Source: an uncultured Candidatus Saccharibacteria bacterium (GTDB lineage Bacteria > Patescibacteriota > Minisyncoccia > Phycocordibacterales > UBA5272). Taken from it: DNA of 64,000 nt. How positions within the stretch are numbered: the stretch's first letter is position 1; every line of letters starts with the position of its first letter. Below are positions 23,187 to 32,885 of this stretch, piece after piece. The stretch covers positions 10,805-74,804 of the forward strand of contig CAYWEW010000006.1 of the NCBI GenBank assembly GCA_964457775.1, read 5' to 3'. Below the pieces are notes generated by a model, which saw nothing but the letters and a program-made list of their open reading frames with translations, searched no databases and was not told where the DNA came from. Position numbers and translations under genes: made by a program.

Positions 23187-23387
23187 ATGATAAAAAACGT
23201 TGGAAATGTTGATAAAATAATCAGAATTATCCTCGCTGTTGGTGCAGTTTATTTGTACATGAGTAGTACGGTTACAGGTGCTCTTGGAATTGTTATGTTG
23301 GTTGTTTCGGTTACACTTGTTCTAACAAGTATACTGAGCTTTTGTCCACTATATAAAGTATTTGGTGTTTCTACCTGCAAAGCTTAG
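23187..23387 (+). CDS. DUF2892 / YgaP-like small membrane protein
   Basis: KNVGxxDxxIR...FCPLY...G.STC signature. Confidence 0.9.
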   Translation: MIKNVGNVDKIIRIILAVGAVYLYMSSTVTGALGIVMLVVSVTLVLTSILSFCPLYKVFGVSTCKA

Positions 23388-23404
23388 TAATTTGTTTATT
23401 AAAT

Positions 23405-23435
23405 AAAAATCACATCTTACAAAGATGTGATTTTT
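23405..23435. terminator. Bidirectional terminator
   Basis: aaaaatcacatctt-aca-aagatgtgattttt between convergent genes. Confidence 0.75.
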
Positions 23436-23446
23436 ATTATATTACT

Positions 23447-24208
23447 TTAGCTAATTTGTTTTTTTGCAAATCCTTCAAAAGCTTTTAGAACTTCAACTGG
23501 CACCATATAAACAACTGTATTTGATTGATCAGAAGACATGTCATTAATTGATTGTAATGTTCGAAGATGAAGTGCTCCTGGTGTTCCAGAAAGCATCAAA
23601 GCAGCTTTTGAAATATTTTCTGACGCGGCCAATTCTCCTTCAGAATTAATAATCACAGCACGCTTTTCTCTTTCAGCTTCTGCTTGCTTACCAATGGTTC
23701 TTTCCATTTCTGGTGGCAAACTAACATCTTTTAACTCCACATTTTGAACTTTAAGTCCCCAAGCATCTGTTTCTTTGTCGACTATTTCTCTAATTCTGTC
23801 AGCAATTTTATCTCTGCTTGAAAGAAGTTCGTCTAACGTAACTTCACCTACAATATTTCTCATTGTGGTTTGAGCGTACTGAGAGATTGCATATCTAAAA
23901 TCTTCAACTTCAATTATTGCTTTTTCTGCATCACTAACTTTATAATAAATAACAGCATTAACTTTTACTGAAACATTATCTCTTGTAATTGCATTTTGAT
24001 CGGGGACATCCACAGCTTTTATTCTGATATCAACTTTTTGATAACCTTGAATAACTGGAATAACTATTCTCCAACCTGGCTCCATTATTGAACTGAACTT
24101 ACCAAATGTGAACTTTACACCTCTTTCATATTGGTTAATTTGGCGAATACTTATCACAATAAGAAACAAAGCCGGAAACAAAATAACGTAGGTCATATAA
24201 TTAATCAA
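23447..24208 (-). CDS. SPFH/stomatin-like (slipin) protein
   Basis: QYERGV, ITRDNVSVKVNAV, AQTTMR, QAEAERE, ALHLRTLQ. Confidence 0.95.
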   Translation of the reverse strand: MINYMTYVILFPALFLIVISIRQINQYERGVKFTFGKFSSIMEPGWRIVIPVIQGYQKVDIRIKAVDVPDQNAITRDNVSVKVNAVIYYKVSDAEKAIIEVEDFRYAISQYAQTTMRNIVGEVTLDELLSSRDKIADRIREIVDKETDAWGLKVQNVELKDVSLPPEMERTIGKQAEAEREKRAVIINSEGELAASENISKAALMLSGTPGALHLRTLQSINDMSSDQSNTVVYMVPVEVLKAFEGFAKKQIS

Positions 24209-24258
24209 TAAAATAATAAAAATCTATAGTTTAAAGTATATTCCTAAAATTAGAAATA

Positions 24259-25929
24259 TCAAATTAATTCTCTATTTTTAACAATAGTTGGAGTTTTTGT
24301 TAACATTAGCCCAATAAGAATGATTGTAAATATAACAAAAGCTAAGAGGTAAACTACATTATTTTCTGATAATGTTTTATAAAGCACAAAAGAACTAATA
24401 GCTCCGTAGATAAGTGATATCGCTGTAAAGAATAGTCCTGGCATACTTGTGCTTGTTGTCTCCGGATCGTCAGTTTCTCTACTTGGGAAAACAGCACCAA
24501 GAGATAGTCCAAAAGTTACAATCAACATAATTGTAGAAACAAAGAGTAGTGTTGAATAAAATGCATGAGTGAATATCACCCCAATAACGGCATTATTAAT
24601 ATAGTTCATTACTATACCAACAAAAACAAAAAACAGAGTATAGAATAAATATTTACCAAAAAATATTTTAGTAAAACTAAGAGGGGCACTTCCCAATATC
24701 CAGGCGGTTTTCTTTTCTGTGCTAAACGAAGGGAAAACAAAACGTAAGGCAAATGAACTTATAAAATAAACAGCAATAAGATACTGCAATAATTGCAATA
24801 CTATAATTCTTTGTGACATGTCAGGTTGATGTCTCTGTATATTTTGATTCATTATTACATTTGTGCCTATCTGTAATAGCCAAATAAATAAAAGAAACAA
24901 AAACCAAAGTACACCTTTAAAATTTCTACTAGAAATCAAAGCTTCCTTTTGGAAAAGTGAAAAAATTTTACCTCCACTGAAACTATAAGTAATTTTATTT
25001 GTAGAGGATAAAACATTATCGGTGTTCGAATTTCCTTCTTGGAATCTTTGCCAAAGCATATAAAACAGGGAAGTGGTCTTTAAAAAAACAAATATAGAAA
25101 TAAGAGAAATCACAAACACAATTACAAGATAAAAAATAGCACCACTGGTTTGATTGATTTGCCAATTTATTATCTCCATTGCAACTGGGTGAGTTGGTAA
25201 ATAAGTGAAGTTGCTTGCCATATTTGAAATACTTACCAGAGAACTTACTTCATCTGCCTTAAAAATCTTATACAAATCAATACTTTTAAATATTTTCCAA
25301 ACAGCAAAAATCGAGGAAGAAAATATTAAGATTAAAAGTAAGATTAAGCCTCTAAAAGAGAATTTAATGTAATTTAATTTTCTGGAAAGAAAGTGATAGA
25401 TGAAACTGACCAAAATTATTACAATTAACGCCAAAGCATTCAGGAATAACAATAATAGAAATATAGTAATTATAATCGAAAAAATACCGATAGTGCTCAA
25501 ATCATAAACCTTATTAAGAGCAAGAATTGCCGGTAAAAACATTATTAATAAAGGTAGCGAAGAACTCATAACACCTTTTATGAAAACAACTTTTGGAAAT
25601 ATGCTAAATTTTGGTGAACTTAATACCCAATTATTGTTTTCACTACGAAATAGATTAAAAATACCCGAAATAGTTGAGCTAAACATAATAATTCCAGCAA
25701 GAACTAACAAAAATAATTCATACAAAAATAGTGATAGAGCTAATCTTATATCTTCTTCGGCACCAGCATTAATATATCTAAATCCTGAGACAAAAAAATG
25801 ATAAATACCTAGACTCACAAAAACAAACACTGAGAAAAACAACAAACTAGTAATTGTTTTTGCTAGCGTTTTAGTTTTAAAATATTTTATTATTTTTTCT
25901 AATTCAAATTTTAAAAAAAGCCTAAGCAT
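24259..25929 (-). CDS. Putative ABC transporter permease
   Basis: Many TM segments; directly downstream of an ABC ATPase. Confidence 0.8.
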   Translation of the reverse strand: MLRLFLKFELEKIIKYFKTKTLAKTITSLLFFSVFVFVSLGIYHFFVSGFRYINAGAEEDIRLALSLFLYELFLLVLAGIIMFSSTISGIFNLFRSENNNWVLSSPKFSIFPKVVFIKGVMSSSLPLLIMFLPAILALNKVYDLSTIGIFSIIITIFLLLLFLNALALIVIILVSFIYHFLSRKLNYIKFSFRGLILLLILIFSSSIFAVWKIFKSIDLYKIFKADEVSSLVSISNMASNFTYLPTHPVAMEIINWQINQTSGAIFYLVIVFVISLISIFVFLKTTSLFYMLWQRFQEGNSNTDNVLSSTNKITYSFSGGKIFSLFQKEALISSRNFKGVLWFLFLLFIWLLQIGTNVIMNQNIQRHQPDMSQRIIVLQLLQYLIAVYFISSFALRFVFPSFSTEKKTAWILGSAPLSFTKIFFGKYLFYTLFFVFVGIVMNYINNAVIGVIFTHAFYSTLLFVSTIMLIVTFGLSLGAVFPSRETDDPETTSTSMPGLFFTAISLIYGAISSFVLYKTLSENNVVYLLAFVIFTIILIGLMLTKTPTIVKNRELI

Positions 25930-25938
25930 ATTTATTAA

Positions 25939-26658
25939 TTAAGCTAGTTTTTTATAAACCTCTTCTAAAGTTGAATTTTCTCCTAACGCTGCTTTTTGTC
26001 TCAGTTCTGTTATTGTTCCTACAGCAGTTAATTTACCATTTTTTAAGATTCCGATGCGATGTGATATTTCTTGTGCGACAGGAAGGGTGTGTGTCACTAA
26101 TAATACAGAACCACCATTGTTCGCATAATCTACAAAAAGTTTTTTTGCAATTTCAGCACCCATTGGATCGAGCCCGACAACAGGTTCGTCAATTAGCAAC
26201 AATTTTGGATGATGAGATAGTGCAGTAATGATGCTGAATTTTTGTTTATTTCCCCTTGAGTGTTCTTCAAAGTACTTTTTTTCCAAACCGTTTAAATTGA
26301 AAATATCTAATAATTTTTTCAAATTATGTGAAGATTTATTTTCTTTTACGTCGAATAGTGATTGAGTAAAATGTAAAAATTCTTCTCCTGTCATATATGG
26401 CCAAACAGATGGTTCATCCGGTATATATCCAATTTGAGCTTTTGCTTTTTCTGGATTCTTTACAATATTGTATTCACCAACAATAATATCTCCACTTGTT
26501 GGTTTAAGTAAGCCAACAATACTTTTAATAATTGTAGTTTTACCTGAGCTGTTAGGTCCAATAAGTGAAAAAATTTCTCCCTCCTTAATATCAAAGCTTA
26601 CACCATCAATGGCTTTATTATTACCAAAATATTTTGTGAGATTATTTATTTTAAGCAT
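25939..26658 (-). CDS. ABC transporter ATP-binding protein
   Basis: GPNSSGKTT, SRGNKQK, LLIDEP, H-loop. Confidence 0.93.
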   Translation of the reverse strand: MLKINNLTKYFGNNKAIDGVSFDIKEGEIFSLIGPNSSGKTTIIKSIVGLLKPTSGDIIVGEYNIVKNPEKAKAQIGYIPDEPSVWPYMTGEEFLHFTQSLFDVKENKSSHNLKKLLDIFNLNGLEKKYFEEHSRGNKQKFSIITALSHHPKLLLIDEPVVGLDPMGAEIAKKLFVDYANNGGSVLLVTHTLPVAQEISHRIGILKNGKLTAVGTITELRQKAALGENSTLEEVYKKLA

Positions 26659-26809
26659 AATTTCAGTATATTAAATATATATAGATTGTGCTAGGCATTC
26701 GCAATTACAATTCAGTAAAAAAATGTTTTTCATATTGTTGTGTAAAAACAAACCCCCCGACAGTGTAGTTGTCAGGGGGCAATGAAGTGTGATGTTCTCG
26801 ATTACTTCA

Positions 26810-27202
26810 TCATTTGATACCGTATACGATGCGGATGAGGGCACGAAGCGCTCTCGGGAGGTTCCGACCATTCTCGTAACGAGAACCACCGGATTGAGTG
26901 ACGCCGACAGCCATCCAGAAATCTTTTTGATTGAGGCCGATTTTTTGACGTACCTCTTTCAGCTTTTTGGGTGACAAAGGTTTGAAGTTCGGCTTCACCT
27001 TGTCGTTGTACACGAAACGAATGAGTGCACGTACGAACTTCGGAATGTTTCTACTGCTTTCATAGCGAGAACCACCGGATTGAGTGACACCCAAAGCCCA
27101 CCAGAATTTACCCTGGTTGAGCTTAAGTTTCCGTCGTCTCTCCTTCAGTTTTCCTGCTATGAATGTTTTGAAACAAGGTTTCTTTTGCCCGATTGGGGAC
27201 AT
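26810..27202 (-). CDS. Tandem-duplicated XRE/RsaL-like helix-turn-helix protein
   Basis: Two copies of LNQxxFWxAxGVTQSGGSRYExxRNxP; SD GAAAGGAAG upstream. Confidence 0.85.
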   Translation of the reverse strand: MSPIGQKKPCFKTFIAGKLKERRRKLKLNQGKFWWALGVTQSGGSRYESSRNIPKFVRALIRFVYNDKVKPNFKPLSPKKLKEVRQKIGLNQKDFWMAVGVTQSGGSRYENGRNLPRALRALIRIVYGIK

Positions 27203-27288
27203 ATATACTTCCTTTCGTAAGTTTATGGACAGAACTACATTTTTACACTATAATATATAGTCAACATTGTCAATAATTTCTTATAGTA

Positions 27289-27735
27289 TTATTTCTCAAC
27301 TCTTTTTCTTAATTCATCTATCACAGCCTTCTCCCAGTACTTCATTGAATACCAACCAATGAGAGGTTTTGCAACTATTCTTAGCCACTGTTTATGAATA
27401 GCGACTTGATACAGATAATCAATTTGAGTCCCGTCCCTATGTTCAGACATTATGAATTCTTCATGACCAGAAGTTCCGAACTTAGGGCTTACATTATCAG
27501 AAATGTAACCTTTTCCAGGAAGGATTGTGGTTTTCATTTTTACTGGAAAATTTTGGCCAAATGATTTTGCGGTTGCATTCATTTCTAAATAATTTCCTTC
27601 ACGTTTAGTTACGCGTATAGAGTCTGCAACTTTTGGAAAATATTTAGGGAAATTTTCAAAGTCAGACATGATTTTAAATACATCTGATATTGGTGCTTTT
27701 ATAATCCATTTAGCACGAAGAGTAATATCTTTCAT
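27289..27735 (-). CDS. SRPBCC (START-like) family protein
   Basis: IKAPISDVFKIMSDFENFPKYFP N-terminal signature; C-terminal helix. Confidence 0.8.
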   Translation of the reverse strand: MKDITLRAKWIIKAPISDVFKIMSDFENFPKYFPKVADSIRVTKREGNYLEMNATAKSFGQNFPVKMKTTILPGKGYISDNVSPKFGTSGHEEFIMSEHRDGTQIDYLYQVAIHKQWLRIVAKPLIGWYSMKYWEKAVIDELRKRVEK

Positions 27736-27787
27736 ATATAAAAAAGTGTAGCAGAAAAATTAAAAATATAAAATGTAAATATATAAA

Positions 27788-27817
27788 AAGCCACCGACAA
27801 GCGATGGCTTTCGGTGG
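27788..27817 (-). terminator. Repeated cassette terminator, family A (also 28497-28527, 30375-30406, 33577-33609)
   Basis: aagccaccga...gcgatggctttcggtgg; copies at 27788 and 28498 identical over 30 bp; T-run on minus strand. Confidence 0.8.
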
Positions 27818-27831
27818 AAAAAATTATTTCA

Positions 27832-28053
27832 TTAATCAGGAATTATGACATCCTTCCATGATTGTGGAATGAGTTTGCTATCGATTCCAAAACTTTTTCC
27901 GCACGCTTCACAACTTACTTCGAATGTAGAGGAGTGATGAGAAATTTCATTGTAGTGTATATCTTTTGAAAAGACACCAAGTGAAGATTTGCAACGTGGG
28001 CACTCGACTGTGATGTAATTGTTATTCTTCAAAACTTTCATTTGTATCTCCAT
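27832..28053 (-). CDS. Small Zn-ribbon protein
   Basis: CPRC...CEAC; second gene of a two-gene cassette. Confidence 0.7.
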   Translation of the reverse strand: MEIQMKVLKNNNYITVECPRCKSSLGVFSKDIHYNEISHHSSTFEVSCEACGKSFGIDSKLIPQSWKDVIIPD

Positions 28054-28096
28054 GTGTGTAAGAGGTCAACAAACATAATGGGTGGGAGGTTTGGGA

Positions 28097-28369
28097 TTAT
28101 CTTTCTAAGGGAATGAGTATTAATCCGGGGTTTTTCCCAGTTGATTCCCAATCAATCCTGTAGCCCATTTTAGCAAAATGTTCCTCTGAATATTTTCTGA
28201 TGTATCCCAACCGCATTTTCCACCAATTATCAAAGGCAGAGAATTGAGCTGAAGCTGACCAGAAATTCATCGTCATCGGATTTTTATTTTCTGCGTCAAA
28301 TTTTGCAAGAGCATCCAGACATTCTTTCTTCCACTCGTCAGCAGTTTTCTCGGTGAGAAGGGTTTGCAT
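28097..28369 (-). CDS. Hypothetical protein (cassette cargo)
   Basis: AGGAG SD and TTGACA-18-TATTAT promoter upstream. Confidence 0.75.
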   Translation of the reverse strand: MQTLLTEKTADEWKKECLDALAKFDAENKNPMTMNFWSASAQFSAFDNWWKMRLGYIRKYSEEHFAKMGYRIDWESTGKNPGLILIPLER

Positions 28370-28397
28370 TACGGTCTCCTAAAGGAACAATACTCAC

Positions 28398-28427
28398 ATA
28401 ATACAATGATTATCTATATGTTGTCAA
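28398..28427 (-). promoter_or_regulatory. Cassette sigma70 promoter
   Basis: TTGACA-18-TATTAT; near-identical to the promoter at 30273-30302. Confidence 0.7.
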
Positions 28428-28545
28428 GTTATTTAAGAGATGGGTAAATTTATTTATATTCAATAAAATAACAGTACAGTGGTTAATATATAAATGAAAG
28501 CCACCGACAAGCGATGGCTTTCGGTGGTGTTTAAGTTTGAGTTAT

Positions 28546-29187
28546 TCAGTAAATAATATTTGCATCATACAATGCAGTAATCAGCTTCCTTCTGTCTGGA
28601 TTATAAACAAACATTTTCTCTTTGATTTCTGAAGGTGCGAGAGCTCGTGCTTCTCCTTCTTTTTCATTCACACGATGGAGCGCGTCATAGACATCAGCAA
28701 TGGCAACAATACGGCCGTACTCACGAATCAAGAGCTTGGTAGTCTGTCTATAATTATGAAGATATTGAGGTAGAACATCAGGGTAACCATCATCTTGGAA
28801 CTTGTGATGCCAGAGCATAGCCTCTGCTGTGAAATCAAAGCGTCCACGCAAGAGTCGATATCCATCCAAAACATGGTTCTCAATTTCTTCCTGGTCTTTT
28901 TCACTCCATGTACCAACTTTACCGAGCACATCAAGACATGTCTGACATTTACCAAGATCATGTAGTGCCCCTGCAAGGAAAAGTGGTTTTGATTCATGAT
29001 GAGTAAAATTACCAATCTTCATTGCGAGCAAACCCACACGAAGTGAATGCTCGTAGTGGAAACGAGTGACTGCGCTTTTGTCTCGCAACGGTGCGAGTAT
29101 AGAGCGTAAATGATTTTGGTTGGTTGTTGTTATCCCGATTGCTTTGGCAGTTTCCCAAAACGTAACTTCCGTCTTCGATGTTTTCAT
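28546..29187 (-). CDS. Stand-alone HD-GYP type phosphohydrolase
   Basis: HSLRVG, LHDLGK, WHH...DGYP, IADVYDAL. Confidence 0.85.
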   Translation of the reverse strand: MKTSKTEVTFWETAKAIGITTTNQNHLRSILAPLRDKSAVTRFHYEHSLRVGLLAMKIGNFTHHESKPLFLAGALHDLGKCQTCLDVLGKVGTWSEKDQEEIENHVLDGYRLLRGRFDFTAEAMLWHHKFQDDGYPDVLPQYLHNYRQTTKLLIREYGRIVAIADVYDALHRVNEKEGEARALAPSEIKEKMFVYNPDRRKLITALYDANIIY

Positions 29188-29371
29188 TAGTTATTATCCT
29201 TTCTGAAATTGAACTATTTCTAATATAAAACTATATAACAGGGGGAGGTTTGTCAAGCTAATAATCTATTATTTGTGGAAAATATAATGTGTGGTCAGTA
29301 CATAAAACAAGAAACCGCCAAAGCAATTTCTTGCTAGCGGTTATGAGAATATTGTAAAACTGATTTCTAAT

Positions 29372-29647
29372 TCAACGCAATATATAACTGTGAAGAAACT
29401 GACCAACGAACCCCAAGTTGTTCACATGGTACCAAGTTGTCCACGCTGAAACAAAAAAGAAAGGAGTGGAGATCAAAATAATCATATGGGGGATTCCGTC
29501 CAGTCCTCGACCTTTAATGTCTATTCCAACATAAACATAAAAACATGTGTTGAGCACTGTCAGTGTGATCAAAACTATAGTGGAAAAAGTCGAGGCAACG
29601 AACCAACCTGCAAAAACGAGAGCAGTAATCACAAAAATTTGTAACAT
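29372..29647 (-). CDS. Small membrane protein (cassette cargo)
   Basis: Three hydrophobic segments; GAGGAG SD. Confidence 0.7.
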   Translation of the reverse strand: MLQIFVITALVFAGWFVASTFSTIVLITLTVLNTCFYVYVGIDIKGRGLDGIPHMIILISTPFFFVSAWTTWYHVNNLGFVGQFLHSYILR

Positions 29648-29658
29648 CTATACTCCTC

Positions 29659-29892
29659 TTATTTGAAATGAATAGTTAGTTCTGTGGGGTCATAGCATCC
29701 TACCGTTCCATCTTTATGCTTGACTTCATAGCACAGTCCATGAGAATCGTGGTGAGCTATGACTTCACCTTCAACCCCCCACTTACGTCGTTTTTTTCCT
29801 TCTTCAGTCCATGAATCAGCATTTGCTTCATCTTCTTGAGTGGTTCTAACGAGAGTTCCAGGAGAAATGGGTGGGTATTTTCCCGCGTTCAC
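29659..29892 (-). CDS. Hypothetical protein (cassette cargo)
   Basis: GAAAGGA SD; promoter at 29941-29970. Confidence 0.72.
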   Translation of the reverse strand: MNAGKYPPISPGTLVRTTQEDEANADSWTEEGKKRRKWGVEGEVIAHHDSHGLCYEVKHKDGTVGCYDPTELTIHFK

Positions 29893-29940
29893 TGAGATTC
29901 CTTTCTAATCGATTATGTTTAAATGAAAAAGAACAAAAGC

Positions 29941-29970
29941 ATTATAACAATAAATATTAGCTTTTGTCAA
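29941..29970 (-). promoter_or_regulatory. Cassette sigma70 promoter
   Basis: TTGACA-18-TATAAT with extended -10 TG. Confidence 0.8.
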
Positions 29971-30058
29971 TTTTTAAATGATATCACGTGATGGAAATTA
30001 TTATATAAAACAAGAAGTCGCCACTAAGGTGACCCTTGTGGCGACTGTTGCAAAAACT

Positions 30059-30244
30059 TCACGATACAAGTTCTTTAGTGGTAGGAATTGTATTCTTACC
30101 ACAGTCAGGGCATTTTACTCCCTTTAACCCAACACTAATTAGTGTGGTAAACTTTTTCCATCTGGACTGTTTCTCCAAAGATTCAACAATACGACGACCT
30201 TCCCACTGGCAGTGAGGGCATTTTAGTCTTTTTTCAAGAGTCAC
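30059..30244 (-). CDS. Small Zn-ribbon protein
   Basis: CPHC...CPDCG; start moved to GTG after GGAG because the upstream ATG overlaps the -10 box. Confidence 0.7.
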   Translation of the reverse strand: MTLEKRLKCPHCQWEGRRIVESLEKQSRWKKFTTLISVGLKGVKCPDCGKNTIPTTKELVS

Positions 30245-30418
30245 ATCTTTCTCCAAAACGAACAATAATCTCATAATACAATGATTGTATATTTCTTGTC
30301 AATTATATCAAATAGCAGTAATTATATTCATAATACTTGATTGGAAGTAAACGTGAAAATGTCGGGAGCAAATAGAAACCACCGAACGCGCGGTGGCTTT
30401 CGGTGGGGAGTTGATTTC

Positions 30419-30634
30419 TTAATCATCGCCAAAAAGTGCATCGCCAATGGCGGCGCCAATGAAGTCTCCTCCGACCAGTCCGCCGATTAACGTGCTATCA
30501 GTTACAGCACCAACAACGAAGCTTGTAAAAAAATCGCCATCATCTTCGTATGACACTTGACGGTATGCAACTGGACACTTGTGACTTTGTCCAGGATGAA
30601 GGATAGTCCCGCACCTGCATTTTTTCTGACTCAT
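30419..30634 (-). CDS. Small protein with Cys/His N-terminus and glycine-zipper-like tail
   Basis: MSQKKCRCG...HKC; GGLVGGDFIGAAIG; GAGG SD; promoter TTGACA-17-TATACT at 30667-30695. Confidence 0.72.
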   Translation of the reverse strand: MSQKKCRCGTILHPGQSHKCPVAYRQVSYEDDGDFFTSFVVGAVTDSTLIGGLVGGDFIGAAIGDALFGDD

Positions 30635-30697
30635 GGTAACCTCATGGATTATTAAAGAACAAAAATAGTATACCATAATATACTGAATCTGTCAACA

Positions 30698-30766
30698 AAG
30701 TTCCAATTAGTAAACAAGCTCCAAACCTTTGAAAAGGGGAAGTATGGGAGTGTGATGAGAGCATAA
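30698..30766 (+). repeat. Cassette-boundary repeat, diverged copy
   Basis: 69 nt, open frame KFQLVNKLQTFEKGKYGSVMRA-stop. Confidence 0.8.
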
Positions 30767-30822
30767 AAACAAGAAACCGCCAGATCATACTGATCCAGCG
30801 GCAGAATTGCTTTATTCATATA

Positions 30823-31365
30823 TCAAGAATTAAAAGCAAATCTCCATATTCGTTGTAGTACACTAATCCTTTTACCGTAACGTAAACCATTATCGTATTC
30901 GTAACCATGTTTAACTAATGGCAACGTACCCTCTTCAACAAGGGGAATGCACGATTCACCACCAAGTTCAATAACCCCAGGTATATCAATCCAATTACTC
31001 AAAGACTCTGTTTTAACCCAAAATCCGCGACCTGGATTAAAGTATGTATCAACACTTATCTCACTACTGTCATTGATTCTAATTGGCTTTAACAACATTA
31101 TCTCATTAATACACATAACGAATGCACTACTTCGAAGACGGTACACAATGCTGCAGTGTAGAAGTGCTCCAACTGTACAAAACGGTATGATTGCATCATA
31201 TTGTGCCCTATACTTCTGTTCACCACAGCAACCAGCGATAATGAGAGCAATTACAACCTTGTGACCCATGCTATCTTCTAGGTCGCAAGAGAAAACTGTA
31301 TTATTACCTTCACGTATTTCTGCTTTTCGTACAACGAAATCTCGGTAGATATCTTCGTGTACCAT
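30823..31365 (-). CDS. Hypothetical protein (cassette cargo)
   Basis: AAGGAG SD before ATG at 31365; promoter TTGACA-17-TAGAGT at 31397-31425. Confidence 0.72.
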   Translation of the reverse strand: MVHEDIYRDFVVRKAEIREGNNTVFSCDLEDSMGHKVVIALIIAGCCGEQKYRAQYDAIIPFCTVGALLHCSIVYRLRSSAFVMCINEIMLLKPIRINDSSEISVDTYFNPGRGFWVKTESLSNWIDIPGVIELGGESCIPLVEEGTLPLVKHGYEYDNGLRYGKRISVLQRIWRFAFNS

Positions 31366-31429
31366 GACGAGTCTCCTTAATTTAAAGAACAAAATTACTC
31401 TATAATTTCGGGATTTGATTGTCAAGTAG

Positions 31430-31498
31430 TCGCTCCAACTGGTATGCAAGTTCAGAACGTTTGATTGGAGGAAGTATGAGAATGTGGTGAGTATATAA
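31430..31498 (+). repeat. Cassette-boundary repeat
   Basis: gctccaactggtatgcaagttcagaacgtttgattggaggaag...; frame SLQLVCKFRTFDWRKYENVVSI-stop. Confidence 0.92.
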
Positions 31499-31541
31499 AA
31501 GCAAAACCCCACCTAAGCAATGATTGCTTAGGTGGAGTGAA

Positions 31542-31901
31542 TTAAACCTGATATTCTTGTAAATTAAGTAAGTCAAAAATTTTCACTCGTACAAGATTTT
31601 CAATTTGCTCAGGAGATTCGTTACCTTCAAGAACAATGATTTTCTCTTGAGTAACTCCATCTTCCAACAATAGAGCAACGTATCCTTCACGCGTCTGACC
31701 AGAAGTGAATGTCGTATATTCTCCAATGACTACAACAACATTATCTTTGCCAAATCTCTTAACACGCATTAATCCGAGTACATCAGTTGAAGCAAAATGC
31801 AGACGTTCCAAACCCCAACCACCAACTCTTCTGGAAAGAAGGTCAAATTTTTCTCGGTTTTGATCTTGAACACAAATTATCTCAAACATACTGGGTGGCA
31901 T
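31542..31901 (-). CDS. Hypothetical protein (cassette cargo)
   Basis: GGAGG SD; promoter TTTACA-17-TATAGT at 31931-31959. Confidence 0.72.
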   Translation of the reverse strand: MPPSMFEIICVQDQNREKFDLLSRRVGGWGLERLHFASTDVLGLMRVKRFGKDNVVVVIGEYTTFTSGQTREGYVALLLEDGVTQEKIIVLEGNESPEQIENLVRVKIFDLLNLQEYQV

Positions 31902-31963
31902 ATTGCCTCCGTTATTAAAAGAACAAAAACACTATACCATAGTATAGTGTTTTTGTAAATATC

Positions 31964-32032
31964 AAGCTCCAAACAGTACACAGGTTCAGAACATTTGATT
32001 GGAAGAAGTATGAGAATACGGTAGGTATATAA
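31964..32032 (+). repeat. Cassette-boundary repeat
   Basis: Frame KLQTVHRFRTFDWKKYENTVGI-stop. Confidence 0.9.
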
Positions 32033-32075
32033 AACAGGAAACCGCCGAAGCAGTCCTGTTTTGCTTGGCGGTGAA

Positions 32076-32216
32076 TCACCCCATTGCGGCACGTGACTTG
32101 CCGGTGTAATAGCAACCGCTGTTGCCGCCGGTGTAGGTACGTCCATCGTGGTAGTAATCGCAGGCAACTTCGTATTCGTAGTTGCCACATCTTTGCCAAA
32201 AGGTGACGGTGCTCAT
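32076..32216 (-). CDS. 46-aa Cys/Tyr/Gly-rich peptide (cassette cargo)
   Basis: AGGAG SD, consensus promoter and own terminator frame MSTVTFWQRCGNYEYEVACDYY... Confidence 0.65.
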   Translation of the reverse strand: MSTVTFWQRCGNYEYEVACDYYHDGRTYTGGNSGCYYTGKSRAAMG

Positions 32217-32247
32217 CAAAAATCTCCTGGTTAAAATGACAAATACC

Positions 32248-32276
32248 ATTATACATAATATAATAGTATTTGTCAA
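32248..32276 (-). promoter_or_regulatory. Consensus sigma70 promoter embedded in a palindrome
   Basis: TTGACA-17-TATAAT inside TGACAAATAC...GTATTTGTCA (32237-32275). Confidence 0.85.
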
Positions 32277-32280
32277 TATG

Positions 32281-32346
32281 GTGCTCCAACTGGTAAACAA
32301 GTTCAGAACTTTTGATTGGAGGAAAGTGAATGTAACTGGTATATAA
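32281..32346 (+). repeat. Cassette-boundary repeat
   Basis: Frame VLQLVNKFRTFDWRKVNVTGI-stop; in-frame ATG at 32278. Confidence 0.92.
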
Positions 32347-32401
32347 AATAAAAAAAACACCCCGATCTATGTCGGGGTCGCTTTGTGAAGTGGAGCAGGG
32401 C

Positions 32402-32758
32402 TTACGCCGAATCTTCTTCAAACTCGAGTTCGAATTCTCGATCGCCGAGAGGGTTGTTGTAGTCCGGCATGAACCGCATTGATCGCCTAGCGTCGACTGG
32501 CGAGTAATGGATCTCATAGTCGTTATCATCGCCGTTGCGGGTCTCGTCGTAGATCAGTCGTTGGAGTTCTTCGGCTTTTGGCGTGATAATCCGCAAGCTC
32601 TTCTCTTCGCCCATTCGGCCACGCTGAACCTTCGAGATTTCATACGGCTTACCACGTTGCTTGAGGAATTCGATCATCGCCTCGCGCTCACGCTCGTAGT
32701 TGCCCACGAACACATCCAAACAGTGGGATGTCTCAACTTCGGTGCTGGTTTCGCTCAT
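32402..32758 (-). CDS. Acidic hypothetical protein, visibly GC-richer than host genes (cassette cargo)
   Basis: GAAAGGA SD; promoter TTGACA-17-TAGTGT at 32797-32825. Confidence 0.72.
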   Translation of the reverse strand: MSETSTEVETSHCLDVFVGNYEREREAMIEFLKQRGKPYEISKVQRGRMGEEKSLRIITPKAEELQRLIYDETRNGDDNDYEIHYSPVDARRSMRFMPDYNNPLGDREFELEFEEDSA

Positions 32759-32885
32759 GATACTATTCCTTTCGTATTGAACAATGAGTACCAACAACAC
32801 TAATACAGTATTATATTTTTGTCAAACAAGTTCTAAACCCTAATTGGGTAAATGAAAAACACCTTATGTAAAAGGTGCTTTTCAA

